Virus genome (UHGV): UHGV-0356582
From: a virus
Reading direction: 5' to 3' (one strand)
DNA: 23,011 bases
Below the pieces are notes generated by a model. That model was not told where the DNA came from. It was given only the letters and a program-made list of their open reading frames with translations, and searched no databases. Each line of letters starts with the position of its first letter. Position 1 is the first letter of the stretch. Positions 8,249 through 18,223 of the stretch are shown in pieces. The position numbers were made by a program, and so were the translations under genes.

Positions 8249-9660
8249 CCTCGATTAATCCTATCTTTGAACCGTTCATTGAGGCGCATCGCTACAAAGT
8301 CGCCAAAGGCGGTCGAGGTAGCGGCAAATCATGGGCAATTGCGAGGCTGCTTGTTGAAGCGGCGCGTCGGCAGCCTGTGCGCATACTTTGCGCTCGTGAG
8401 CTGCAAAACAGTATCAGCGATTCGGTAATTCGGTTGCTTGAAGACACCATAGAGCGGGAAGGGTATTCGGCTGAGTTTGAAATTCAGCGTTCCATGATTC
8501 GTCATCTCGGAACGAATGCTGAATTCATGTTCTACGGCATCAAAAACAACCCGACGAAGATTAAATCGCTCGAAGGCATTGATATCTGCTGGGTGGAAGA
8601 AGCGGAAGCGGTAACGAAGGAATCGTGGGATATCCTGATTCCAACCATCCGTAAGCCGTTCTCTGAAATATGGGTAAGTTTCAACCCGAAAAACATCCTC
8701 GACGATACCTATCAGCGATTCGTCGTAAATCCTCCCGATGATATTTGCCTGCTGACGGTGAACTACACCGACAACCCGCATTTTCCTGAAGTCCTCCGTC
8801 TGGAGATGGAAGAGTGTAAACGCAGAAATCCGACACTGTATCGTCACATCTGGCTTGGTGAGCCAGTAAGCGCAAGTGATATGGCAATCATCAAACGTGA
8901 ATGGCTTGAAGCCGCAACCGATGCGCACAAGAAACTCGGATGGAAAGCGAAGGGCGCGGTTGTCTCTGCGCATGACCCATCAGATACAGGGCCAGATGCT
9001 AAAGGTTACGCATCGCGTCACGGTTCGGTAGTTAAGCGCATTGCCGAAGGTCTGCTGATGGACATCAACGAGGGTGCTGACTGGGCTACTTCGCTGGCGA
9101 TTGAAGACGGCGCTGACCATTACCTGTGGGATGGTGATGGCGTCGGTGCGGGGCTACGCAGACAGACAACGGAAGCGTTCTCCGGCAAGAAAATCACCGC
9201 CACGATGTTCAAGGGCAGTGAATCGCCATTCGATGAAGATGCACCATATCAGGCCGGAGCATGGGCTGATGAAGTCGTGCAGGGCGACAACGTTCGCACT
9301 ATTGGTGATGTGTTCCGCAATAAGCGAGCGCAATTCTATTACGCGCTGGCTGACAGGCTGTATCTGACATATCGGGCGGTTGTTTACGGTGAGTATGCAG
9401 ACCCCGACGACATGCTGAGTTTCGACAAAGAAGCGATAGGCGAGAAGATGCTGGAGAAGCTGTTTGCAGAACTGACGCAGATTCAGCGCAAATTCAATAA
9501 TAACGGGAAGCTGGAGCTTATGACTAAGGTCGAAATGAAGCAGAAGCTCGGTATTCCATCTCCTAACCTGGCTGATGCGCTGATGATGTGTATGCATTGC
9601 CCGGAGTCGGCTGCGCAACCCGACTATTCCAGTTACTCAATTCCTTGTGGTGTAGGTTGA
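8245..9660 (+). CDS. terminase large subunit (ATPase/nuclease)
   Basis: Walker A KGGRGSGKS and Walker B-like ICWVEEAE. 471 aa, consistent with P22/Sf6-group large terminases. Confidence 0.9.
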   Translation: MTSINPIFEPFIEAHRYKVAKGGRGSGKSWAIARLLVEAARRQPVRILCARELQNSISDSVIRLLEDTIEREGYSAEFEIQRSMIRHLGTNAEFMFYGIKNNPTKIKSLEGIDICWVEEAEAVTKESWDILIPTIRKPFSEIWVSFNPKNILDDTYQRFVVNPPDDICLLTVNYTDNPHFPEVLRLEMEECKRRNPTLYRHIWLGEPVSASDMAIIKREWLEAATDAHKKLGWKAKGAVVSAHDPSDTGPDAKGYASRHGSVVKRIAEGLLMDINEGADWATSLAIEDGADHYLWDGDGVGAGLRRQTTEAFSGKKITATMFKGSESPFDEDAPYQAGAWADEVVQGDNVRTIGDVFRNKRAQFYYALADRLYLTYRAVVYGEYADPDDMLSFDKEAIGEKMLEKLFAELTQIQRKFNNNGKLELMTKVEMKQKLGIPSPNLADALMMCMHCPESAAQPDYSSYSIPCGVG

Positions 9661-9661
9661 T

Positions 9662-11860
9662 ATGGCAGAAAAAAAGATGACTGACTGGCATCGCAAGGTG
9701 CTGTGCAACTTTGATAATGCCTGGTCAGCAACTCAGGATATGCGTGAGCAGATTATTGAGGCTCAACGTTTCGTCCGGGTGTCCGGCGCACAGTGGGAAG
9801 GCAGCACAAACGCTGGTTACTCATTTGATGAAGGCAGGTTTGAGCATTACCCGCGCTTTGAACTGAATAAGATTGCCCGTGAATGTGATCGCATCATTGG
9901 CGAGTATCGACAGAATCGCATCAGCGTTAAATTCAGGCCGAAGGATGACAAGGCATCGGAAGCGTTAGCCGAAAAAATGAACGGCAAATTCCGCGCTGAC
10001 TATCAGGAAACATCCGGTGGCGAAGCGTGTGATAACGCATTTGATGATGCCGTAACGGGCGGATTCGGTTGTTTCCGCATGTGTGCCGATTATGAAGATG
10101 AAATGGATCCGAGTAACGAGCAACGCCGTATAAGCCTTCTCCCTGTTTACGACCCAGCGACATGCGTCTTCTTTGATCAGGACAGCAAGCAATATGACCG
10201 CTCTGATGCTATGTGGGCTATGGAAATGTTCTCCATGACGCCTAAAGCGTTCGAGGCTGAATACCCTGATTCCACCGCGGCAAGCCTTTCTCGTGATGGC
10301 ACTGGCACTCAATATGACTGGTCAACGCCCGATGCCATCTATGTTGGACGCTACTACGAAGTTCGCATAGAGAAGGTGAAGCTCACGGCGTGGCGCAACC
10401 CTGTTAGCGGAGAAACGGCAATCTATGATGAAGAGCAAATCAAAGATATTGTTGACGAGCTGACCGATGGCGCATTCGAACTGATTGGCGAGCGGACAGT
10501 AAAGAAACGCCGCGTTTATTGTGGACTTCTGTCTGGCGCTGAATGGCTGGAAGAACCGAAGCGCATTCCGGGCGAACATATTCCTCTCATCCCGGTATAT
10601 GGGCGTCGTTCATTTGTTGATAATCAGGAGCGAATCGAAGGTCACGCAGCAAAAGCGATGGATGCACAGCGTCTTGAGAACCTGATGGTTTCCATGATTG
10701 CAGATAACGCTACTCAGGCTGGCGGTGATGGCATTCCTGTAGTTGATGTTGACATGATTCCTGGTCCTCTCGCCACTCATTGGGCGGAGCGCAACAAAAA
10801 GCGCCCGGCGTTCCTGCCGATGGTCAGTCTGAAAAACAAAAACGGAGATATTACTGCGCAGGCTCAGGTCAGCAGTTATACGCCTCCGACACAAATGCCT
10901 CCAGCTCTTGCCGGGCTATTGCAGTACACCGGAACGGCTATTCAGCAAATTACAGGTGCGTCGCAGCTTGAGAACATGCCGAGCAACGTCGCTACCGATA
11001 CCGTTGATAGCATCTTTAACCGGATGGACACGCAGTCCTATATCTACATGGACAACATGGCTAAATCCATGCGCCGTGCTGGCGTCGTGTGGCTTTCTAT
11101 GGCTCGTGAAGTCTATGGCAGTGATACGCCGATGCGTATCGTTAATGAGGACGGCAGCGATGACGTGGCGCTGATGACTGGTGAAGTGGTTGACCGTCAG
11201 ACAGGGCAGGTTATCGCGCTTAATGACCTTTCGCAGGGTAACTATGAAGTGACTGTCGATGTCGGTCAGTCGTTCGCTACTCGCCGTGACGCAACGGTTA
11301 AGTCGTTACTTTCCATGCTGGCACTTATCCCACCAGGAACGCCGAAGCACGACCTTGTATCGTCGATGATTCTCGACAATATGGACGGCGAAGGGATGGA
11401 CGACCTTAAAGAATACAACCGCAATCAGTTGCTTCTGTCTGGAGTTATCAAGCCGAGAACACCAGAAGAACAGCAGATGGTTGAGCAGGCGAAACAACAA
11501 CAGGCCAGTCAGCCAGATCCGGCTATGGTTGCAGCGCAAGGTCAGCTTCTTGCAGGTCAGGCTGAATTGCAGAAAGCGCAGAACGAGCAGGCTGCAATCC
11601 AGGTTAAAGCCTTCCAGGCACAGACTGATGCTCAGGTTGCAGCGGCAAATGTTGTGAAAATACTCGCATCTGCCGATAGTCAGCAGAAATCTGATATCCG
11701 CGAGGCTCTGAAACTGCTCGGACAGTTCCAGCAACAGCAAGGAGATAATGCCCGTGCTGATGCAGAGCTTGTCCTGAAAAGTCAGGCACAGGGCCATGCG
11801 CAGCGCATGGACATCAGCAGCATCCTGCAAAAATCAACTCAGCAACAACCACAGCAGTAA
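9662..11860 (+). CDS. portal protein (P22 gp1-like, with C-terminal Gln/Ala-rich barrel region)
   Basis: 732 aa. Segments such as GEHIPLIPVYG and RTPEEQQMVEQAKQQQASQPDPAMVAAQGQLLAGQAELQKAQNEQ resemble P22 portal as I recall it. Confidence 0.9.
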   Translation: MAEKKMTDWHRKVLCNFDNAWSATQDMREQIIEAQRFVRVSGAQWEGSTNAGYSFDEGRFEHYPRFELNKIARECDRIIGEYRQNRISVKFRPKDDKASEALAEKMNGKFRADYQETSGGEACDNAFDDAVTGGFGCFRMCADYEDEMDPSNEQRRISLLPVYDPATCVFFDQDSKQYDRSDAMWAMEMFSMTPKAFEAEYPDSTAASLSRDGTGTQYDWSTPDAIYVGRYYEVRIEKVKLTAWRNPVSGETAIYDEEQIKDIVDELTDGAFELIGERTVKKRRVYCGLLSGAEWLEEPKRIPGEHIPLIPVYGRRSFVDNQERIEGHAAKAMDAQRLENLMVSMIADNATQAGGDGIPVVDVDMIPGPLATHWAERNKKRPAFLPMVSLKNKNGDITAQAQVSSYTPPTQMPPALAGLLQYTGTAIQQITGASQLENMPSNVATDTVDSIFNRMDTQSYIYMDNMAKSMRRAGVVWLSMAREVYGSDTPMRIVNEDGSDDVALMTGEVVDRQTGQVIALNDLSQGNYEVTVDVGQSFATRRDATVKSLLSMLALIPPGTPKHDLVSSMILDNMDGEGMDDLKEYNRNQLLLSGVIKPRTPEEQQMVEQAKQQQASQPDPAMVAAQGQLLAGQAELQKAQNEQAAIQVKAFQAQTDAQVAAANVVKILASADSQQKSDIREALKLLGQFQQQQGDNARADAELVLKSQAQGHAQRMDISSILQKSTQQQPQQ

Positions 11861-11950
11861 TTAACCCATAACGTGCAATGGCTGTCTTTATGAGGCCTGG
11901 CACCCTATTGCCTTCCGATGGGCTGAACATCGAGTAAACAGGGGTAACAA

Positions 11951-12844
11951 ATGGACCAGATGGCAGAAAACACACCAGAAGTTGAAATCGAAACCGACGC
12001 GTCAGAGCAGATTCCTGATGATGTCGAACTGGCTGAAGAAGTCGAAACAGAAGATGGCAGTGAGTCCTCCGGCAATGATGCAGAGGAAGCTACTGAAACT
12101 GATGACGACGAATCAGAACAGGAATTCTACTTTGGTGACGAAAAGCTGGATTCGCCAACCAGCGAAGATGGCGCTGAGCATGGACTGGTAAAACACCTGC
12201 GCAAGACGATTAAAGAGAAAGACCGCGAGCTGAAAGAGCTGATGCGTCAGTCTCAGAAACCCGTCGAGCAGCAGCCGGTAATCACTCAACCACCGCGAAT
12301 GCCAAAACTGGATGATGAGGACATCGGTTTCGATGAAGAAATCTACCAGCAACGCATGGCTAAGTGGGCAGAGGATAACGGCAAGTACCAGCAACAGGAG
12401 ATGGCTCGCAAGCAGAAGGAGCAGGAACTTCATGCTGCCTATCAAGAGCGATTATCCAAATATCAGCAACGTGTTAAGGCTCTCAAAGTTCCTGGCTATC
12501 AGGAAGCTGAGCAGGCCGTACTCGAGGAAATCCCCATCGAGACACAAAACGCGATCCTGTTTGAGTCAGAGAAGCCGGAAATCGTTGTTCTGGCACTCGG
12601 TCGCAACGCTGAACTGCGCAAGCAACTGGCAGAAGCTACCAACCCCGTAGCAATTGGTCGTCTGCTGGAACGTATCGAATCGAAGGCCAGAATCATGCCA
12701 AAAGCAAAAACCACGGCAGCCACAACCCCGACAGTTAAGGGGAGCAACGGCGCAGTAATCAATAACCTCGACAAACTGAAAGCCAAGGCGCTGGAAACTG
12801 GTGACTGGACGCCGTATTTCGCCGCTAAAAAGGCAAAAAAATAA
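11951..12844 (+). CDS. scaffolding protein
   Basis: Highly acidic N-terminus, charged helical middle, basic C-terminal helix-turn-helix-like tail (…GDWTPYFAAKKAKK). Sits between portal and coat as in P22 (gp8). Confidence 0.8.
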   Translation: MDQMAENTPEVEIETDASEQIPDDVELAEEVETEDGSESSGNDAEEATETDDDESEQEFYFGDEKLDSPTSEDGAEHGLVKHLRKTIKEKDRELKELMRQSQKPVEQQPVITQPPRMPKLDDEDIGFDEEIYQQRMAKWAEDNGKYQQQEMARKQKEQELHAAYQERLSKYQQRVKALKVPGYQEAEQAVLEEIPIETQNAILFESEKPEIVVLALGRNAELRKQLAEATNPVAIGRLLERIESKARIMPKAKTTAATTPTVKGSNGAVINNLDKLKAKALETGDWTPYFAAKKAKK

Positions 12845-12862
12845 CCTATCGGAGCATTAAGC

Positions 12863-14116
12863 ATGGCTAACCAATTAGCAAAAGACCTTGAAATCATGTT
12901 CGAAAACTACGTTGAAGGCTTTGAGGCCGCCTGCGTAGTTTCCCGTAACGCTAAAAAATTCCGTCCCGGTGATACAGCAATGCAGCGAGCAGGTGATGTT
13001 CTGTATCGTCCGCAGCATTACCACATGAACATTGAGGAAGGCCTAGACCTCAGCGGCAAAACGCCAACAGCACTGGTTCAGCGCCTTGTTCCTTCTGTGT
13101 TCAAGGAGCCGAAAAACATTCTGTACACTCTGGATGCGCGTGAAATGCGTGACCCGGAACATAAAACTGAAGCTGGTCGCGCCGCAGGTATGCGCCTTGC
13201 TGCACAGATTGACTCTGACCTGATTTCCATGGTTACGCAGCGTGCTACTAACGTGATCACGATGGCTGACTCAACCACAGGTTCACAGGGCCGTGATTTG
13301 TGGAACTGTGCGGCAGGTATTGATGCCACCATGACGGCGATTGGTGTACCTCAGGGTATCAACCGTCGCTCTTTCTGGAACCCCTTCAACTACAAAGACC
13401 TTGCTGGCGAGCTTGGTCACCGTGCCTATGCTCAGGGCGCAACCCTGACAGCATACGAAAAAGCGCAAATCCCTCCTGTCGCGTCCTTCGATAGCTACAA
13501 GACCGATATTTCTGGTCGTGTCCCGAAGGGTACAGCAACTTCCCTGACGCTGGCGGCTGAACCTGCGCACAAGGTTGAAGCGAAAGATGACAATGATATG
13601 CCAGTGGATAACCGACAGGGGACTATTACGGTATCTGCATCTGGTTTGCAGGTTGGCGATGCGTTCACCATTGCTGGCGTGAATTCCGTACACCAGATCA
13701 CCAAAGACACCACCGGGCAACCGCAGGTATTCCGCGTTCTTGCAGTTAGCGGAACGACAGTAACTATCTCCCCGAAAATTCTGCCGCCTGACAACGCGGA
13801 TGTCGCCAGCCGTCCATATGCAAACGTTGATGCTAACGCGGCAAATGGTGCAGCAATTACCATTCTCAACAAAAATGCCGCACCGGCTAACCTGTTCTGG
13901 GCTGATGGTTCTGTTGAACTGATGTACGGCAAACTGGCGTTCCCGACTGGTCAGGGTCCACAGGTAATGACAGCAACCACCGAGCAGGGCGCTACGCTGA
14001 TCATGTCTTACGCCTTCGACCACATCAAAGGCGTAACCACTGCTCGTTTCACCACTCTGTACGGTTGCTCTGTACTTGTTCCTGAATATACGGGAATCGT
14101 TATTGCCGGGCAGTAA
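12863..14116 (+). CDS. major capsid (coat) protein, P22 gp5-like
   Basis: 417 aa. GGAG RBS at 12850-12853. C-terminal segment ...NLFWADGSVELMY... parallels P22 coat ...NVFWADDAIRIV.... Followed by a strong terminator. Confidence 0.9.
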   Translation: MANQLAKDLEIMFENYVEGFEAACVVSRNAKKFRPGDTAMQRAGDVLYRPQHYHMNIEEGLDLSGKTPTALVQRLVPSVFKEPKNILYTLDAREMRDPEHKTEAGRAAGMRLAAQIDSDLISMVTQRATNVITMADSTTGSQGRDLWNCAAGIDATMTAIGVPQGINRRSFWNPFNYKDLAGELGHRAYAQGATLTAYEKAQIPPVASFDSYKTDISGRVPKGTATSLTLAAEPAHKVEAKDDNDMPVDNRQGTITVSASGLQVGDAFTIAGVNSVHQITKDTTGQPQVFRVLAVSGTTVTISPKILPPDNADVASRPYANVDANAANGAAITILNKNAAPANLFWADGSVELMYGKLAFPTGQGPQVMTATTEQGATLIMSYAFDHIKGVTTARFTTLYGCSVLVPEYTGIVIAGQ

Positions 14117-14123
14117 TTTTGGT

Positions 14124-14146
14124 GGGGCTTCGGCCCCATTTTTATT
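14124..14146 (+). terminator. intrinsic terminator after the coat gene
   Basis: GGGGC-TTCG-GCCCC hairpin with tetraloop, followed by ATTTTTATT. Confidence 0.7.
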
Positions 14147-14157
14147 GGGAGAAGACA

Positions 14158-14346
14158 ATGGCACGAACAATGCTCTATAAGCCTGGCAACATGATCACCT
14201 GTGGTCAGTTTGCTGTCGATTACATCATTGTTGATGACGAAGAAGTTAAATCTCACCTGAAAAAAGGTTGGGTAAAAACTCCTGAAGAAACCGCAACGAA
14301 GCAAAAAGTAGCTAAGGCGGAAGAAGATGGCGAAAACGAAGGGTGA
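14158..14346 (+). CDS. hypothetical small protein, 62 aa, acidic C-terminus
   Basis: ATG at 14158 preceded by GGGAGAAG. The track start at 14119 lies inside the terminator hairpin. Overlaps the gp4-like gene by 20 nt. Confidence 0.45.
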   Translation: MARTMLYKPGNMITCGQFAVDYIIVDDEEVKSHLKKGWVKTPEETATKQKVAKAEEDGENEG

Positions 14347-14788
14347 TCTCGTTCTAAAGGCTTTACGAAAAGCCGGGCTGTATTCCAATGCCACGTTGAC
14401 AGATGCTGACCCTCAGGCAATTGAAGATGCCATTAATGACCTCGAAGACATGATGGCAGCATGGCAGGCGAAAGGCATCGAACTTGGATATCAGTTTGCT
14501 GATACAGAAAACGGCATCATGCCGTTACCTGATGATGATTCCGGTATCCCTGCATGGGCAAATGATGGCGTCGCTTTGAAACTCGCTGTGCAAGTGTGCA
14601 TGGATAACGTCATTCAGCCGTCAGACGCTCTCCTTACCGCTGCTGACAGTGCATATCAGACAATCTGCATCGCTTTAACCAAAATACCACCACTTGAGCG
14701 GCGAAATGACATGCCTCGCGGTAGTGGTAACAAAAGCGCGTTTACGTGGAATCGGTTTTACATCGAGAAAGATGATCCGAGTACGTGA
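14327..14788 (+). CDS. head completion / tail accessory factor, P22 gp4-like
   Basis: N-terminus KTKGDLVLKALRKAGLYSNATLTDADPQAIEDAINDLEDMMAAW resembles P22 gp4 as I recall it. Position in the module matches. Confidence 0.8.
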   Translation: MAKTKGDLVLKALRKAGLYSNATLTDADPQAIEDAINDLEDMMAAWQAKGIELGYQFADTENGIMPLPDDDSGIPAWANDGVALKLAVQVCMDNVIQPSDALLTAADSAYQTICIALTKIPPLERRNDMPRGSGNKSAFTWNRFYIEKDDPST

Positions 14789-14797
14789 GGTGAATAA

Positions 14798-16216
14798 ATG
14801 CCGATTCAGCAACTTCCACTCATGAAAGGCGTCGGCAAAGACTTTCGAAACGCCGACTATATCGACTATCTGCCAGTGAATATGCTGGCTACACCCAAAG
14901 AAATCCTGAACAGCAGCGGATATCTTCGCTCATTCCCGGGCATTGCAAAACGTTCTGATGTGAACGGTGTATCTCGCGGTGTCGAGTACAACATGGCGCA
15001 GAATGCTGTTTATCGCGTGTGTGGTGGCAAGTTGTATCAGGGCGAAAGTGAAGTCGGCGATGTTGCCGGAAGTGGTCGTGTATCATTGGCTCATGGTAGG
15101 ACATCACAGGCGGTTGGCGTTAACGGGCAACTGGTCGAGTATCGCTATGATGGCACGGTTAAAACCGTCTCAAACTGGCCTGCAGACAGCGGGTTTACGC
15201 AGTATGAGTTAGGTTCGGTTCGTGATATTACGCGCTTACGTGGGCGTTATGCGTGGTCAAAAGACGGTACTGATTCATGGTTTATCACTGACCTTGAAGA
15301 CGAATCGCACCCTGACCGCTACAGCGCACAATATCGCGCAGAATCGCAGCCTGACGGCATCATCGGCATCGGAACATGGCGAGACTTCATCGTCTGCTTT
15401 GGTTCATCAACGATTGAATATTTCTCCCTGACTGGTGCAACCACTGTTGGTGCCGCGTTGTATGTCGCACAGCCATCGCTGATGGTGCAGAAAGGCATTG
15501 CCGGAACTTACTGCAAAACGCCGTTTGCTGATTCCTATGCGTTTATCAGCAACCCGGCAACAGGTGCGCCGTCTGTATATATCATCGGCTCCGGTCAGGT
15601 ATCACCAATCGCCAGCGCGAGCATTGAGAAAATACTACGCTCCTACACTGCTGATGAACTGGCTGATGGCGTGATGGAGTCTCTGCGATTTGATGCGCAT
15701 GAGCTGCTGATTATCCACCTTCCTCGCCATGTTCTCGTGTACGACGCATCTTCAAGCGCCAATGGTCCGCAATGGTGCGTACTGAAAACAGGACTGTATG
15801 ACGATGTGTACCGCGCTATCGACTTCATTTACGAAGGCAATCAGATAACGTGCGGCGATAAGCTGGAATCCGTGACCGGGAAACTGCAATTCGATATCAG
15901 CAGCCAGTATGACAAGCAGCAGGAACACCTGCTGTTTACTCCACTCTTCAAAGCAGATAACGCCAGATGCTTTGATCTGGAGGTGGAATCATCGACGGGT
16001 GTTGCTCAGTACGCTGACCGCCTTTTTCTCTCTGCAACCACTGACGGCATAAATTACGGTCGTGAGCAGATGATTGAGCAGAATGAACCGTTCGTTTACG
16101 ACAAACGCGTTTTGTGGAAGCGAGTCGGGCGCATCAGGAAAAATGTCGGCTTCAAATTGCGCGTTATCACGAAGTCACCAGTCACTCTGTCTGGCGCTCA
16201 GATAAGGATTGAGTAA
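14798..16216 (+). CDS. head completion / tail accessory factor, P22 gp10-like
   Basis: 472 aa, the same length class as P22 gp10. Located between the gp4-like and needle genes. Confidence 0.8.
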   Translation: MPIQQLPLMKGVGKDFRNADYIDYLPVNMLATPKEILNSSGYLRSFPGIAKRSDVNGVSRGVEYNMAQNAVYRVCGGKLYQGESEVGDVAGSGRVSLAHGRTSQAVGVNGQLVEYRYDGTVKTVSNWPADSGFTQYELGSVRDITRLRGRYAWSKDGTDSWFITDLEDESHPDRYSAQYRAESQPDGIIGIGTWRDFIVCFGSSTIEYFSLTGATTVGAALYVAQPSLMVQKGIAGTYCKTPFADSYAFISNPATGAPSVYIIGSGQVSPIASASIEKILRSYTADELADGVMESLRFDAHELLIIHLPRHVLVYDASSSANGPQWCVLKTGLYDDVYRAIDFIYEGNQITCGDKLESVTGKLQFDISSQYDKQQEHLLFTPLFKADNARCFDLEVESSTGVAQYADRLFLSATTDGINYGREQMIEQNEPFVYDKRVLWKRVGRIRKNVGFKLRVITKSPVTLSGAQIRIE

Positions 16217-17064
16217 TGGCGGATTCGAATCTCAATGTGCCGGTAATCATTCAGGCTACACGACTCGACACATCTGTCCTTCCACGCAATATCTTCTCGC
16301 AGTCGTATCTGCTTTACGTTATCGCACAGGGCACTGATGTTGGTAATGTGGCTAACAAGGCCAACGAGGCCGGACAGGGCGCTTATGACGCACAAGTCAG
16401 GAACGATGAGCAGGATGTGATTCTCGCTGACCATGAGCAGCGAATTTCTGCTGCGGAAGCAACGCTTGTTAATCATGAGGAGCGAATCAGCCAGGCAGAA
16501 TCAACTCTTCAGGAACATGAAACACGAATAGCTCAGAATGAAAGCGATATTGCGTCGCTTGATACCAGAGTTCAGTCGCTGGAATCGCAGGTTTCAGACC
16601 ATGAAACGCGCATCGATGCTCTGGAGTATGCCACTACTCGCAAGAAGTCAGAGGTTGTTTACTCTGGCGTATCTGTAACCATACCGACAGCGCCGACCAA
16701 CCTTGTTAGCCTGCTGAAAACGCTCACGCCGTCATCCGGCTCGTTGGCACCATTCTTCGACACAGTTAACAACAAGATGGTTGTGTTCAACGAGAACAAA
16801 ACCCTGCTCTTCAAGTTGTCGATTGTCGGCACGTGGCCCAGCGGAACCTCCAACAGGTCAATGCAGCTAACCTTTTCCGGCTCTGTTCCTGACACACTGG
16901 TCAGCAGTCGTAATGCGGCGACAACAACCGACAACATCCTGTTAGCTACGTTCTTCAGCGTGGATAAAGACGGCTTTCTTGCCACAAATGGCAGTACGTT
17001 AACTATTCAGTCAAATGGTGCGGCGTTTACTGCCACAACCATCAAGATAATCGCGGAGCAGTAA
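16216..17064 (+). CDS. tail needle (P22 gp26-like N-terminus and coiled coil, with a C-terminal globular extension)
   Basis: [43 protein letters not shown] closely matches the P22 gp26 N-terminus. Repeated DHExRI heptad-type segments. 282 aa, as in Sf6-type knobbed needles. Confidence 0.9.
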   Translation: MADSNLNVPVIIQATRLDTSVLPRNIFSQSYLLYVIAQGTDVGNVANKANEAGQGAYDAQVRNDEQDVILADHEQRISAAEATLVNHEERISQAESTLQEHETRIAQNESDIASLDTRVQSLESQVSDHETRIDALEYATTRKKSEVVYSGVSVTIPTAPTNLVSLLKTLTPSSGSLAPFFDTVNNKMVVFNENKTLLFKLSIVGTWPSGTSNRSMQLTFSGSVPDTLVSSRNAATTTDNILLATFFSVDKDGFLATNGSTLTIQSNGAAFTATTIKIIAEQ

Positions 17065-17519
17065 TGATTCAGTTCAAACCAACGCGAAACATCGACCTGA
17101 TCGAAGCAGTCGGAAATCACCCTGACATTATTGCCGGGAGCAACAACGGTGATGGATACGACTACAAACCTGATTGCCGTTACTTTGAGGTGAACGTGCA
17201 CGGGCAGTTCGGCGGCATTGTTTACTATCAGGAGATTCAGCCGCTGACATTCGATTGCCACGCCATGTACCTGCCAGAGATTCGCGGATTCAGCAAGGAA
17301 ATCGGGCTGGCGTTCTGGCGATACATTCTGACTAACACCACCGTTCAGTGCGTCACATCGTTCGCTGCACGCAAATTCCGCCACGGTCAGATGTATTGCG
17401 CGATGATTGGCCTTAAGCGTGTAGGAACCATCAAGAAATACTTCAAAGGCGTGGATGACGTGACTTTTTACAGCGCCACACGCGAAGAACTAATCGACTT
17501 CCTGAATCACGGGAGATAG
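17064..17519 (+). CDS. gp14-like protein (assigned by position in the ejection gene cluster)
   Basis: 151 aa ORF, ATGA-coupled to the needle gene, at the position of P22 gene 14. No motif recognised. Confidence 0.5.
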   Translation: MIQFKPTRNIDLIEAVGNHPDIIAGSNNGDGYDYKPDCRYFEVNVHGQFGGIVYYQEIQPLTFDCHAMYLPEIRGFSKEIGLAFWRYILTNTTVQCVTSFAARKFRHGQMYCAMIGLKRVGTIKKYFKGVDDVTFYSATREELIDFLNHGR

Positions 17520-17521
17520 CC

Positions 17522-18214
17522 ATGTTATATGCATTTAAGCTGGGCAGAAAACTGCGCGGCGAGGAACCTTATTGCCCTGAAAAAGGCGGGAAAGGTGGCA
17601 GTTCTGATAAAAGCGCAAAGTATGCCGCAGAAGCTCAGAAGTATGCAGCAGACCTGCAAAATCAGCAGTGGCAGACGATCATGAAAAACCTTGCTCCGTT
17701 CACGCCGCTTGCGGAGCAGTATGTTAACCAGCTTCAGAACCTTTCCAGTTTAGAAGGTCAGGGGCAGGCACTTAATCAGTATTACAACTCTCAGCAGTAT
17801 AAAGACCTTGCAGGGCAGGCGCGTTACCAGAGTCTTGCTGCTGCGGAGGCGACGGGTGGACTTGGTTCGACAGCCACAAGCAATCAACTGGCTACGATCG
17901 CGCCGACACTCGGTCAGTCTTGGTTATCAAATCAGATGAGCAATTACAACAATCTGGCAAACGTTGGGCTTGGTGCGCTGCAAGGTCAGGCAAACGCCGG
18001 GCAGACGTACGCCAACAACATGAGCAGCATTGCACAGCAAAGCGCAGCTCTTGCCGCTGCTAATGCCAATAAACCATCAAGTCTTCAGACTGCAATTAGC
18101 GGTGGCACGTCTGGTGCGATTGCCGGTGCAGGTCTTGCCAGCCTTTTGGGAACATCAACACCTTGGGGCGCTGGAATTGGTGCTGGTATCGGATTGCTTG
18201 GCTCGTTGTTTTAA
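17522..18214 (+). CDS. ejection (injection) protein, P22 gp7-like
   Basis: 230 aa. Gln/Asn/Ala-rich with a Gly-rich hydrophobic C-terminus (GAIAGAGLASLLG...GAGIGAGIGLLGSLF). Order and size match P22 gp7. Confidence 0.7.
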   Translation: MLYAFKLGRKLRGEEPYCPEKGGKGGSSDKSAKYAAEAQKYAADLQNQQWQTIMKNLAPFTPLAEQYVNQLQNLSSLEGQGQALNQYYNSQQYKDLAGQARYQSLAAAEATGGLGSTATSNQLATIAPTLGQSWLSNQMSNYNNLANVGLGALQGQANAGQTYANNMSSIAQQSAALAAANANKPSSLQTAISGGTSGAIAGAGLASLLGTSTPWGAGIGAGIGLLGSLF

Positions 18215-18223
18215 GGGGTAATC

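Noticed and set aside
8329-8973. 214-aa ORF on the minus strand inside the large terminase gene
   Set aside because: It is fully antisense to a well-supported terminase CDS with clear Walker motifs. It has no RBS context or recognisable motif, so it is most likely a chance open frame.
11306-11830. 174-aa minus-strand ORF inside the portal 3' region
   Set aside because: It is antisense to the Gln/Ala-rich portal barrel coding region, where repetitive codons keep the reverse frame open by chance.
13283-14170. 295-aa minus-strand ORF spanning the coat gene and the terminator
   Set aside because: It is antisense to the coat gene and crosses the intrinsic terminator hairpin. The translated sequence is Arg/Cys-rich and low-complexity, typical of a spurious antisense frame.
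16430-16630. Periodic nucleotide repeats in the needle gene (catgagcagcgaatt / catgaggagcgaatc / catgaaacacgaata / catgaaacgcgcatc)
   Set aside because: They encode the heptad-type (D/N)HExRI repeats of the trimeric coiled coil. This is a protein-level repeat, not a DNA repeat element or CRISPR array.
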